DNA of 64,000 nucleotides, from the NCBI GenBank assembly GCA_977020255.1, contig CDROCS010001295.1, positions 1 to 64,000 on the forward strand. The letters are read 5' to 3'. The position numbers and the translations under genes were made by a program. Below the pieces are notes generated by a model, which saw only the letters and a program-made list of their open reading frames with translations, was not told the DNA's origin and did not search any database. Below are positions 1 to 11,182 of the stretch, piece by piece. Source of the DNA: Obrimoposthia wandeli (Eukaryota). Numbering within the stretch: the first letter of the stretch is position 1; every line of letters starts with the position of its first letter.

Positions 1-562
1 TTGCAGCGCTACTTGCTTTATGTATCACGGTAATACCGCCATCAACTTCAAGGCGGATATCATAGTCCCGACTTCTGTCACCTTCTTCCTAACGAGCAAA
101 GCATCTCAGGTATTTGGAATAAATTTTTGCCCTCCAAACCCTGGGTTAACTGACATCAACAATATCCATGTCAAAGTTTGGACGTATCGTATAAATAGTG
201 TGGTGTCACGGGGTTAAAGACTAAACCGCCTTTGGCCCATCTTTAATCATTTGTAACGAGCGATCAATATGTTCAGATGCTTCGGGGTGAAAGGTAATAT
301 AGCTAGCGCCTGCATCAATAAATTGCTCAATCATGCCATCCACAGGTTTTACCATTAAGTGCACATCGATAGGCGCTTTAATGCCATATTTTCTCAAAGC
401 ACTACATACCATAGGACCTATAGTGAGATTCGGTACGTAATGATTATCCATCACATCAAAATGGACTATATCAGCTCCTGATGCCAGTACGTTTTCTACT
501 TCTTCTCCCAGTCTTGCAAAATCAGCAGCTAATATAGAAGGTGCTATCTTAAAATCTTTCAT
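1..562 (-). pseudogene. rpe: Ribulose-phosphate 3-epimerase, frameshifted after ~residue 108 and running off the window start
   Basis: ORF 221..562 has [24 protein letters not shown] and DVHLMV. Downstream motifs GLVFNP, MSVNPGFGGQKFIP and IRLEVDGGI are found in shifted frames toward position 1. Breaks may be sequencing errors. Confidence 0.9.
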
Positions 563-666
563 TTGTCTGCCTTAATTTTTGATTCAAATTTATGCTTCAC
601 ATTGTATCTAAATGACTCTCGTATTAATATCCTTAGACTTTTAAAATTTCAGTGAAAATTATTTTT

Positions 667-1692
667 ATGAAGAATATTGCGTTAATTACTCTTTTTATAT
701 CACCTCGATGCCACCTTTGCAGAGAACTTAAGAAAGCGACGACACAGGCCAATACAACAGCATCTAATGGCGATACAGCAGTTTTGAAGAAAACGCAAAA
801 GGCTGATATTTTGCCATTAAAACAGCAACAGATTTATGCGCCGTGTTGTACTTCGCTGTTTAAGTGTGATTAAACTCGAAAACTCACTTAGATGAGGAAT
901 TCGATATTTATTATCTGTCATCGGATGAAAAAGAACCTATTATATTGTCTCTTTTTCTGATGAAAGAACTTTCATCAATTTAAACATTAATTTGAACCGT
1001 GCAAGAACAGGTTTAGCCCGACATAAGTGGCAAACGGCAGTCATCACACTACCCATCACTAAGCTTATCGCCATTCCAGAAAGAGCCATGTACCCGGCTA
1101 AAACCGATGATTCTGAAAGCGCCACTAGTGAAGCTCCTGCAATAGAGGCAAAAAACACTGATGATATATCAACAGACTCCCCCACTGATGAAACAAAAAA
1201 TGTTAATAGCATGGCTGAATCATCACCAAGCTGAAGCTCAAATTTAAAAATAAAACTACCAACAAAGAGAAAAAGTAACATTTCATTATATAAGAAGTTG
1301 GACGAAAAAGGCAGCATGACTCACAACTTTTGCTTCGTCTAATGCAGCCGATATAGAAAATAGTCAACACTATTAATCAACCTATAATCAGCGAACATCG
1401 AGCTGACTGTCATCAAAATGATCAGCCAGTGAAATAGATGGCTATTCTTTCCATAAAGGCTCTAACAAATATGAATGGCGCACGCGCAAACAAACTGTAA
1501 TCAATCAAATGCAGAATATAGGCAAGTCAGCGCCTAGCAGCTTGGAGCTTGCAAGGGAATGAATGGCTGTTTCGTAAAGTACTCGGCTTACTAAAGGTTA
1601 ATATTGAGGGAGACATTAAAGAGAAAAAAGAGCAGCAAGCAAAGCCTAAAATCAAAGAAAAAACGAACCAAAAACCTGGTACCACTACCTGA
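667..1692 (+). pseudogene. DUF3530-family (alpha/beta hydrolase-like) exported protein, multiply frameshifted
   Basis: Signal-peptide-like start (MKNIALITLFI). Fragment LNRARTGLARHKWQTAVITLP resembles the family L..LR..L...GW.T..+.LP motif. It lies next to djlA, as in Pseudomonas. Boundaries are approximate. Confidence 0.6.
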
Positions 1693-1866
1693 CCCACTCA
1701 TTTGCAATTACGTTTCTTTTAAGATGAAGTTCCCTCGATTGCGAAATGGGCTTTTTCTTAAACCGTTAAATAATCACAACTGGTGCAATACTAGCAAGAT
1801 CACTAACGGTAGATTGACGGTTACAGGACCCATCATTTTTAAAGTTATCTGTTCACATTTCCTTTA

Positions 1867-2600
1867 TTATCCATTTTCAATGTTTCCACAAATATCACTG
1901 CTTCGCCGAATTTCTTGAGTTTTTCTTCTGGCTGTGTTTCAGCAAATCCTTTTTGCAACCAATTTATCTGGATGGTGCTGGCTCATTAAGCGGCGATAAG
2001 CTTTTTTAGCTCACCGCATCTATTTGCCGTTGAATGCGCTTAAAGCACTTTATAAACTAACTAATGCTTGTTTTTGTAAATTTTTTTGCCCCTGAGCAGT
2101 GCTGCGCTTGCATTCGCTGCAACAATTGATTCATCTCTTGTTGTGACATTTTCAAAAAAGTACACACTTGCTGAATAACTTGTAGCTCATTTTGAGAAAC
2201 TTCACCGTCAGCCATTGCAGCTTGTAGCTGTATTTCCAAAAACATCACTTTAACTGCACTACGTCTTTGAATTAATAAGCTTAATGGACGTAGTATTTTA
2301 GATCATCCTGTAATCGAATCTTTTCACCTCGACAAGTACTCATTGCCTGACGTTCTTTAAATGTCGGCGCATTCTAGTCATCATTGCGAGCAGGTGCTCG
2401 GTATATCACCTGCCGCGTCAGCTTTAGCCACTTTTCCCATCACTATAAAAGTAGCTTTAAAAAATAAAGCTTGAGGAGAACCTTCACCTAGTAACTAAAC
2501 AGGTAAGAAAAAACCAACTGGCTGCGAACACCATACCTACTAATTTCGGTCCGGCTGTACCACCTATTATACCTGTTCTAAAGCGTTTAATATACCATCT
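1867..2600 (-). pseudogene. djlA: DnaJ-like co-chaperone DjlA, frameshifted
   Basis: Minus-strand fragments FKATFIVMGKVAKAD, MFLEIQLQAAMADGEVSQNE (TerB-like) and KKAYRRLMSQHHPDKLVAK (J-domain HPD) lie in different frames. Start is approximate. Confidence 0.85.
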
Positions 2601-2662
2601 TGTTGGTCAATGTACCACTTGCCTAAAACTGTTAACAAACATTTTCAAGCAATTAATTTAAT

Positions 2663-3380
2663 TCACTCACTAAAACTGTCCAATTTCTTCCTCGAACTCT
2701 GATTGTAGCAGTCATTCAGTTCGAAGCTTGTAAACCTTGCTGCCAAATGCTCGCTAATTTTAAGCGCTCTAGAGTACCTACATCGTTCAAATTATTGAAA
2801 GTGATTCAGCTTGTCTGGCACATGCAATATATGACGACTAAAACATTACAGTAGCATTGGCAAAATAATTGAGTTTTAATACACCATTACAAATATATAA
2901 CTTTCGACCTCTTTTGACTGCTTTAACATTAACTGCCCTTTAGAACTTAGCTAAATCATAACACTAACACTGTTGAACTATAGGTTCTTCACCTATTCTA
3001 ATAGGCTAAGACCATCTATTTCCTTAATAGTATTAGCATAGTTAAAATCAGTCATAACGTCGGCGTTTATTACCAAAAACGGGCTATTATCCAAACTTAA
3101 ATCAGCCCTTTATATACTACCATACCACTCCTGTTTCTAAACATTCTCTTCTCGATAATTGATGTCATTCCTTTATACTGATCACGCAAGTATTGCTCTA
3201 ACTGATCTACCATATGCGATATGGTAATAACGACCTCTATAATAAAACCGCTTGCCACAAATTATCAAGATATTCATTAGATTAATTGTTATCCATAACT
3301 TTTACCAAAGGTTTCGGTATTGTAGCTGTTAACTCTTTTAAACGGCTACCTCTACCCGCTGCCAAAATCATCGCCTTCAT
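2663..3380 (-). pseudogene. murU: N-acetylmuramate alpha-1-phosphate uridylyltransferase (nucleotidyltransferase), frameshifted
   Basis: N-terminus MKAMILAAGRGSRLKELTATIPKPLVKV starts at 3380. C-terminal NDVGTLERL motif is near 2760-2790. It follows amgK with an ATGA overlap. 3' end is approximate. Confidence 0.85.
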
Positions 3381-4330
3381 GATAAATACCAGCGTTGATT
3401 TTTTAATTCGGGTAGCAATGTGCCTTTTAACCAAGCATGAAATTCTCAAACTCTCATATATTTGGCAACTACGGCTGAGCCTGTAAAAACTCTTTAGACC
3501 TCTTGTAATAATCACCTTTTCGTATTCTGCTCTAGATGAACAATTAAACTAGCACTTTTAAATATCTTTGCCACCAATTAAGATCGGCATTTGTTGGTGC
3601 TGTTTATCAATATAGCAATTTAACAAACTTGATGAGTTCAATCGTTGCAGATAAACACTAATCAAAGACTCTATTTGTTCTGGGTTTAAAGTAATATAGC
3701 AGTCTTTAAGGAGTGATACTAAATCGTAAGCGAGAGGGCCTTTAACAGCATCTTGAAAATCTATCACAGCAATTTCAGTATCTACTAATAACAAATTACG
3801 ACTATGGAAATCTCTATGCATTGTCACTTGAGGCTGTTCAAGAGCATTAGCGATCAACAATTCATAAACTACAGGTAAAGATGGAGGAGGAGTTAAATTG
3901 AGTTGATACTGCACTAACCAAGTATCGAATAAGGCCATTTCTCTGAGTAAAAATGGACGGTCAAAACTAGGTAAATGAGCCTCCGGAACTTGTTGAATTA
4001 ATTGCAGCTGATCAAGTGCCAATTCATACAAATCAGCCTTATAATCCCTCGATACTAAATCATACAAATAATTCTTAATCCTCAATCAACATAAGCCTAA
4101 CAGTTCTAATTGAAAGACTTTCGGCTGCTTCTTTGAAAATCGGTAATGCTAACTAATGTAACAACACCGTGTTATCAATTTTCTGCAATGGGCTTGCCAC
4201 TATAATCATACTGGCTGAGGGTAAGTTCAATCTAAAATAACATCTGCAACTGGCATCGCCTTGTAATGTTTGAATACACCAAGGCTCTTCATAAAGCTTT
4301 TTATTACTATCAATTAAGCATTCAATCCAT
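3377..4330 (-). pseudogene. amgK: Anomeric MurNAc/GlcNAc kinase (aminoglycoside phosphotransferase family), frameshifted at both ends
   Basis: ORF 3558..4085 has MHRDFHSRNLL, VIDFQDAVKGPLAYDLVSLLKDCY. N-terminal LQGDAS near 4250-4270 and the C-terminal EFHAWLKGTLLP are in other frames. Divergent from lptD, as in Pseudomonas. Confidence 0.85.
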
Positions 4331-4582
4331 TTTTTAATTTAAAGTTGTTACGTATATATTGTTTTTACAGAAAAGCTCTTTAATTAATACGTTAAATATT
4401 TTATTATCACATGCAAACGATTACATCTACTTTTAACTGCTGCCCATTCTACTATTTAGAGATTTAAACATGTATATATTTGATGGTTCGAATTTAATTA
4501 ATTTTATTAATCATGTACATTAAATAATGGTTCATTCATCTATATTCATGTTTCTAATTTTACTACGGCTGGACTTCAATCA

Positions 4583-7407
4583 ATGTTATTAAAGAAATAC
4601 CCCCAGCAAAAGTTAAGCTATGCTATTTTAACGATTATTTTAGCAAACACTCAAACAACAGCTTACGCTGATCAAGCTTGGGATTGTAAATTAATCGATC
4701 AAGCTTGGAACTGCAATGCTACTAAGATAACGACTAATCCTGAAAATACTTATAGCGAAGGTATTTTTAACAGCACCATTGACCTTTCCGATTCAAGATC
4801 TATTAACGACGATACTTTACAAAGCAGTAGTAACTTAAATAACGATCAACTGGAAATTGATAATTTAAGCAATAGCCATCTAGATAGTAATGTCCAACCT
4901 AGTACCAGTGATCAATCGGCAGTAAAAAATCAACTTAATGGATCAGCTACCAATCAAACAGTTCAGCACGGTAATTGGTTTGTCATTCAAGCGGAACACA
5001 CTTGATATTGAACGCACTATCATAACCTATCATCACTCAAGCAACAGACCTATCGACGGCAACAAACACCCAGTCGATCCGTAGCAAAGTAACATCAAAT
5101 TGACCAAATTGTACTACACAAATGGTAGCAGCTATTCCTGCCACCTACGTAAATGATCAGTACACTAATACTGAAACCAATGGACCCGAATCACATACCC
5201 CTCAAGAGCAAACCGATATTGATAATAAGACTCTAGATTGGTATCCATATACTGCTGGTGATCCAAACCAGCAAGGGGTTTGTAAGGGTCGTTATATATC
5301 TCCGATTATGACAATGAGGATGTCCCTAAATCAAAGAAGCGCAGTTACAGGCATGTATTTATTGGCGAATCAAACAGATACGGTACTTGGACAAGACTCA
5401 ACGCTACAAGGTAATGTAGATTTAAAACAAGGGAGCCGCAGCTTACATAGCTCTCTTGCCAAACTTAATCAAGAGACAGGCGCTTTCAGCCTTGAAGAAG
5501 GTGTTACATATCGCCAAACAGGATTATTGATTACCGGATCTAAAGCGACAGGTAATATCAATGAAGAAGGCACACAACTGACTAATGCTAAGTATGTTTT
5601 GCATGAAAGCAGTATCAGAGGAGATGCCGAAGTCATTACCCGTGAAAATGCGAACGTTATTGATATTAAACAGGGGAATTTTACGTTTTGCCCACCTGGA
5701 GATGAAAGCTGGAAAATTTCAGCTTCTAATATAAACTTAGATATGCAATCTGGCTTTGGCCGGGCCAGTAACGCCAAACTTACTATTTTAGGAACCCCAG
5801 TTTTCCTGTTCCCATTATATTTATTGAGCGATAGAAACGATAGTTTTGCTCTCTAATGTTAAATTTTCAAGTACCGACAGTAAAGTAAGCATTCCATATT
5901 ACTTTAATATTGCTTCCAATATTGACGACACTCTAACGGCTACTTTATTTACTAAAAGCGGTTTGTTAGTTGTAGAAACAGATTTCGTTGCCAAGCCGAT
6001 AACAGTTCAAATACCTGATGCTAGGCTTTCGAAAAGAGCGACGATGATCGCTGGGTAATTGGTGCGAATCACGAAGGCACGTACGGCCGTTTCAATACTA
6101 TAGTTGATTTCACTAAAATCAGTGATGATAAATATTTCACTGATTTAGGCACCAATTTAGATGTCGGGTCAGACGATGACAGCCATTTGAACCAAACCGC
6201 AAAAGTTTCATATCAAGCTGATACTTGGGAAAGCTCTTTATTGGTACAGAAATACCAAACCATTGATTTATCCACAAAACCTTATCAACGATTACCAGAG
6301 TTTAGAATATCAGGCACGCCTAAAGACAATTTAGATAACATTAGTTTTAATTATCGAGCTGTATTTACCAGATTTGACAGAGATCAATCAGGACTAACGG
6401 GTTCGGATAAAGTAACGGGTGATCGCTTAATTTTAAATCCAAGCATCAATGCAGAAATGCGCAAAACCTGGGGTTATATAAAACCAACAGCCACCTTATG
6501 GAATGCTAGATATAATTTAAACAATCAAGTAGCTGGCAGAGATAACAAGCAAAGTGTCACTGTACCCGTTTTAGAGTTTGATTCCGGTTTATATTTTGAT
6601 AGAGATTTTAGTTTTCAAGGCAAAGGCTACACTCAAACATTAGAACCTAGATTATATGCACTTTATGTACCTTTTAAAGATCAATCTGAGCTGCCCGACT
6701 TTGATACTTCTGAATTAACCTTCACCTACAACTCACTATTTCGTAACAATAGATTTAGCGGCGATGATAGGTTTGGTGACGCCAAACAAATCTCACTAGG
6801 TTTAACCTCTAGAGCTATTTCAGAGCAAGGGCGAGAAATTGTTTCGGCAAGCATTGGCCATGCTTTTTATTTTAATGACAGGAAAGTGCGCATAGATTCT
6901 AATGATTCGCCACTCAATGACGATACTTCTGATTTTGCTACTTCTCTGATCTGGCGACCTAACACTCGCGTTCGTGCTTTATTTGATGCCGCATTTGATG
7001 CCGACACTTTAAACAATTCAGAAATGACCCTCGATTTAAAATACGAAGAAGATATTAATCATGTAGTCGGGATTAGACACCGTTTAACGAGAGGTATTCG
7101 AAAACAAACCACTTTTTCTTACCTATGGCCTATGAACAATCATTGGTCAAGCTTAGGATTATTACAATATGACTGGAGAACTCGAGAAACGCTCGATATT
7201 GCAGCGGGTATAGAATATCAAAGCTGTTGTTGGAAAACCCGCCTTGTCATTAGGGATGAACTATTAACTAATCTAAAGCGAGAGAAATCTATCGCTCTAC
7301 AAATTTCATTAAAGGGTCTAGGGAGCGCTGGTTCAGGCCCGACTCAAGAACTTAGAGATAAAATCAAAGGTTATGAAAATCGTGAATATTATAATGCAAA
7401 CAACTAG
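4583..7407 (+). pseudogene. lptD: LPS-assembly outer-membrane protein LptD, split into at least 4 frames in the 5' half; 3' ~1.35 kb intact
   Basis: Fragments: signal peptide with WDC..WNC; LDWYP/CKGRYISP and FTFCPPGDESWKISAS; IPYYFNIA; the barrel with LEPRLYALYVP, LFRNNRFSGDDR, YQSCCW. Directly upstream of surA. Probably an intact gene with consensus errors. Confidence 0.9.
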
Positions 7408-8689
7408 TTCGTTCAAAAAAAGTCTCAGCAAAATTTTACTTTGCTCATGTTTCGTATTTTCCAGCCAGGCGTCATTCGCTGCTGCGCTAGATAGAATCAT
7501 TGCTATTGTTAATGATGAAGTAATACTTGAATCAAATTTTATTAATAACTTCGATAGAGCAGTCAAGCAAATAAAACAACAAGGTGCTAAGTTACCCAAC
7601 AAGCAAGTACTTCAATCTCAAGTCATTGAGCGAATGATATCGCGCACTATCATGTTGAAAATGGCTAAACAACAAAGCATCAAAGTAACTGAAAGACAAT
7701 TAAATGCTGCCATCACTTCAATTGCAAAAAATAATGGTATGAGCCTTACCAGATTTAGAGAAGCACTCATAGCTCAAGGCCAAGATTACATTGAAACTCG
7801 CGAGCAAATCCGCAAGGATATTTTGATTCGCCAGTTACAAGAAAGCAATATAAGTCAGCGTATCCAAATATCTGACAGAGAAATACAAAGCTTTTTACGC
7901 TCTCAAGCAAGCAAATCAAACGCAGATGTTTTAATCAGCGATATTGTCGTGTCGATAAATAGCCCGATGACACCATCTAATATAAAACAAGCGAGAAAAC
8001 AAGCTAATCTAATTTATCAAAAGCTGGTTTCGGGGGCCAAGTTCTCGAATATCGCTATTAGCAGTTCAAGTGCCGCAAATGCCCTTAATGGCGGTGATAT
8101 GGGGTGGCGAAAAACAGCTGAACTACCTTCTTCATTGGTAGATGCCATTGCGCCTCTGAGCCCTGGAGAATTCAGTAAGCCTACTCGAACTCCTACTGGT
8201 TTTCACATCCTGTTGTTACGTGACACCAGAAATGGTGAAAAGCCGGTAACTATCGAAAAAACCAAAGTTAGACATATATTAATTGCACCAAGTGAAGTCA
8301 CATCAAAATCTCAAGCAAAACGAACAGCTGCGCAACTTTACCAGCGACTACTTAAACATAGAAATGATTTTGCAGTTATAGCCGAAGAATATAGTAATGA
8401 TCCCGGTAGCAGCTCACAAGGCGGTGATTTAGGCTGGGCTGAAGACGGCCAAATGGTGCCTGAGTTTGAAAAAATTATGAAGCATACTAAAAAAGGTCAA
8501 ATTAGTTTACCTTTCGAAAGCCGTTTTGGATGGCATATATTAGAAGTATTGGACAGAAAAACTGAAAACGTGAACAACTTAGCCCAAGAAAATCAAGCAC
8601 GTAACATTCTTGGAAAGCGTAAATTTAACGAAGAAAAAGATAATTGGCTACGAGAAATACGCGCTAATGCTTATGTAGAATTAAAGTAA
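7394..8689 (+). CDS. surA: Periplasmic chaperone / peptidyl-prolyl isomerase SurA
   Basis: Signal peptide, LDRIIAIVNDEVIL and two parvulin domains (GGDMGW, HILI, GGDLGW, FGWHIL). Start taken as the second ATG of ORF 7373..8689. Confidence 0.96.
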   Translation: MQTTSSFKKSLSKILLCSCFVFSSQASFAAALDRIIAIVNDEVILESNFINNFDRAVKQIKQQGAKLPNKQVLQSQVIERMISRTIMLKMAKQQSIKVTERQLNAAITSIAKNNGMSLTRFREALIAQGQDYIETREQIRKDILIRQLQESNISQRIQISDREIQSFLRSQASKSNADVLISDIVVSINSPMTPSNIKQARKQANLIYQKLVSGAKFSNIAISSSSAANALNGGDMGWRKTAELPSSLVDAIAPLSPGEFSKPTRTPTGFHILLLRDTRNGEKPVTIEKTKVRHILIAPSEVTSKSQAKRTAAQLYQRLLKHRNDFAVIAEEYSNDPGSSSQGGDLGWAEDGQMVPEFEKIMKHTKKGQISLPFESRFGWHILEVLDRKTENVNNLAQENQARNILGKRKFNEEKDNWLREIRANAYVELK

Positions 8690-8728
8690 ACCCTACTAAC
8701 TTACTAACACAGAGATTTTTTGTTTAGT

Positions 8729-8772
8729 TAAACTAGCCAATGTTAATAACAGACATTACTTTGGCTAGTTTA
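8729..8772. terminator. Stem-loop after surA (possible terminator)
   Basis: Perfect 12-bp inverted repeat TAAACTAGCCAA (8729-8740) / TTGGCTAGTTTA (8761-8772). Confidence 0.45.
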
Positions 8773-8902
8773 TTTGCTAGCTAAATACCAATTAGCAATG
8801 TTAATAATTCAACCTTCCTCAAGCTAATATCCCTACTTTATATTACAGTCTGGTGTAGATCGTATATAATCAACGCTTACAAAACTTATCATTTGAGTTA
8901 AT

Positions 8903-9904
8903 ATGACCGACGTCAAACGAATCGCAATTACAAGTGGCGAACCTGCTGGGATAGGCCCGGAATTAGTTGTTAAAATTTCGCAACACGACTATGCAGATCA
9001 ACTTGTTGTAATTGGCGATCCGACACTTTTGGCACACACTGCAAAAAGTTTATCACTGCCTTTAGAAATAATAATTTTCGATGAAAACATACTAAAGCCT
9101 TCTAAAAAAAGTCAGGTTTATGTCTTTCCTGTCAAGCTAACTGAAATATCTGTTGCTGGTACTTTAGACAAGAAAAATGCTAACTATGTTATAAACACGC
9201 TACAGATTGCTTGTGATGGGTGTTTAACAGGAAAATACCACGCTATGGTCACCCCACCGGTGCATAAAGGTATTATTAATCAAGCAGGTATCGTTTTTTC
9301 TGGTCATACTGAATTTTTACAGCAACAAACTCATTCAACTGAAGTCGTTATGATGCTAGCCACTGAGCATTTAAGAGTCGCTTTAGTAACGACTCATTTA
9401 GCCTTAAATAAAGTCAGTAGTGCGATCACGAAAACCAAATTACGCAACATCATTGATATTTTGCACGGGGATTTACAGCAAATATTCGCGATTAAACAAC
9501 CCAAGATACTTGTTTGCGGCCTAAACCCACACGCTGGCGAAGATGGGCACATGGGGATGGAAGAAATAGAAATAATTACGCCTGTTTTAGAAGAGTACCG
9601 CGTCCAAGGCTTACAATTAATAGGCCCACTTCCAGCAGACACACTGTTTACTGATAAATATTTAAAAAAATGCGACGCTGTACTCGCAATGTACCACGAC
9701 CAAGGCCTCCCTGTACTTAAATATTCAGGTTTTGGTAAGGCGGTAAATATCACATTAGGATTACCAATAATTCGCACATCGGTAGATCATGGAACAGCAT
9801 TAGATATTGCAGGTACAGGGCAAGCTGACGCAGGAAGCTTAAAAGTAGCAATTAGCTATGCAACAAAACTGGCTCACCAACGCCAACAACAGACTAAAGG
9901 TTAA
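8903..9904 (+). CDS. pdxA: 4-hydroxythreonine-4-phosphate dehydrogenase
   Basis: ITSGEPAGIGPE, FSGHTEF, GLNPHAGE, AMYHDQGL, IRTSVDHGTA; surA-pdxA-rsmA synteny. Confidence 0.98.
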   Translation: MTDVKRIAITSGEPAGIGPELVVKISQHDYADQLVVIGDPTLLAHTAKSLSLPLEIIIFDENILKPSKKSQVYVFPVKLTEISVAGTLDKKNANYVINTLQIACDGCLTGKYHAMVTPPVHKGIINQAGIVFSGHTEFLQQQTHSTEVVMMLATEHLRVALVTTHLALNKVSSAITKTKLRNIIDILHGDLQQIFAIKQPKILVCGLNPHAGEDGHMGMEEIEIITPVLEEYRVQGLQLIGPLPADTLFTDKYLKKCDAVLAMYHDQGLPVLKYSGFGKAVNITLGLPIIRTSVDHGTALDIAGTGQADAGSLKVAISYATKLAHQRQQQTKG

Positions 9905-9911
9905 AAAACAT

Positions 9912-10748
9912 ATGAGCCGCCAGAACAGCAGTAACGCTGGACACAAAGCGCGCAAGCGCTTTGGACAAAATTTCCTGCAAGACCAAGGAGTTATTAGACG
10001 AATAATTCGAGGTGTAAGCCCTAGAACAACGGATCATATGGTTGAAATAGGTCCAGGATTAGGTGCCTTAACGGAAGTAATCCTCGACGAAGCTGGCGCA
10101 TTAGATGCAATTGAATTGGATAGAGATTTACTACCAATATTAAGAGCTAAATTTTTTAACTACGAAGAAAAGTTTCGCATTTTCGAAGCTGATGCCATGA
10201 AATTTGATTTCAGCTCATTACAACAAGATGATCGACCTTTACGTATTATAGGTAATTTGCCATACAATATATCAACACAGCTTATTTTTCACTTACTGCA
10301 ACACACTACCTGCGTGCAAGACATGCACTTCATGCTACAAAAGGAAGTTGTTGATCGCTTGGCTGCAAAACCTGGAGATAAGTTATATGGCCGCTTAGGC
10401 ATAATGGCGCAGTACTATTGTGAAATTGAGCCATTGTTTATCGTGCCACCTGAAGCATTTGATCCAATCCCCAAAGTTGATTCTGCTATAGTGCGTTTAA
10501 TGCCTTACAAGGATAAGCCGCTGGTCGCTAAAGATTTACCAACATTACAAAAAATAGTTAAAACATCATTCAGCATGCGCCGTAAAACGCTACGCAATAA
10601 TTTAAAAAATACAGTTACTGGTGAACAATTAGAAGCTTTAAATATCGATCCGACGCGCAGACCCGAAACATTATCGCTTGCTGAATTCATATGCATTGCC
10701 GATTTTGTGCACACCAATATAACCCTATTACCTAGTGCGACTTCATAA
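9912..10748 (+). CDS. rsmA: 16S rRNA m6,2A1518/1519 dimethyltransferase (KsgA)
   Basis: HKARKRFGQNFL, VEIGPGLGALT, IGNLPYNIST, MLQKEVV. Confidence 0.98.
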   Translation: MSRQNSSNAGHKARKRFGQNFLQDQGVIRRIIRGVSPRTTDHMVEIGPGLGALTEVILDEAGALDAIELDRDLLPILRAKFFNYEEKFRIFEADAMKFDFSSLQQDDRPLRIIGNLPYNISTQLIFHLLQHTTCVQDMHFMLQKEVVDRLAAKPGDKLYGRLGIMAQYYCEIEPLFIVPPEAFDPIPKVDSAIVRLMPYKDKPLVAKDLPTLQKIVKTSFSMRRKTLRNNLKNTVTGEQLEALNIDPTRRPETLSLAEFICIADFVHTNITLLPSATS

Positions 10749-10749
10749 C

Positions 10750-11160
10750 ATGCAAAACAGTACCCAAGACACTACTCTAACCAATGCGTTAGAAGAATTT
10801 ATTGATATTACAGTAGAATCAAAATTTGAGGCCGCTCAATCAGACAGTAGCGCTAAACGTTTTGTCTTTTCTTACCAAGTGACTATTAAAAACAGCGCCG
10901 ACTACAATATCCAGTTACTTTCTCGTCACTGGATTGTGACTGACGGGAACCAAAAACAGCAGGAAATCCAAGGAGAAGGCGTTATTGGTGAGCAACCAAC
11001 TATTGCTCCGCATAGCAGCTACCAATATAATTCGGGTGCTGTTTTAGAAACGGATGTAGGTAGCATGTACGGTCACTATGATATGGTTACGCAAGAAGGC
11101 AGCCGATTTAAAGCTGAAATTGCCGCTTTTACTTTAGCTAAACCTAACGCACTTCATTAA
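10750..11160 (+). CDS. apaG: ApaG protein
   Basis: FSYQVTI, QLLSRHWIVTD, GEGVIGEQP, GSMYGHY. Confidence 0.97.
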   Translation: MQNSTQDTTLTNALEEFIDITVESKFEAAQSDSSAKRFVFSYQVTIKNSADYNIQLLSRHWIVTDGNQKQQEIQGEGVIGEQPTIAPHSSYQYNSGAVLETDVGSMYGHYDMVTQEGSRFKAEIAAFTLAKPNALH

Positions 11161-11182
11161 AGAACTATTCAGAGGATAAATA

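Noticed and set aside
940-1317. 125-aa hydrophobic minus-strand ORF
   Set aside because: Antisense to the DUF3530 fragments, which carry the family motif on the plus strand.
1604-1918. 104-aa Lys-rich plus-strand ORF
   Set aside because: It straddles the 3' ends of the broken DUF3530 gene and djlA; an alternative-frame artefact.
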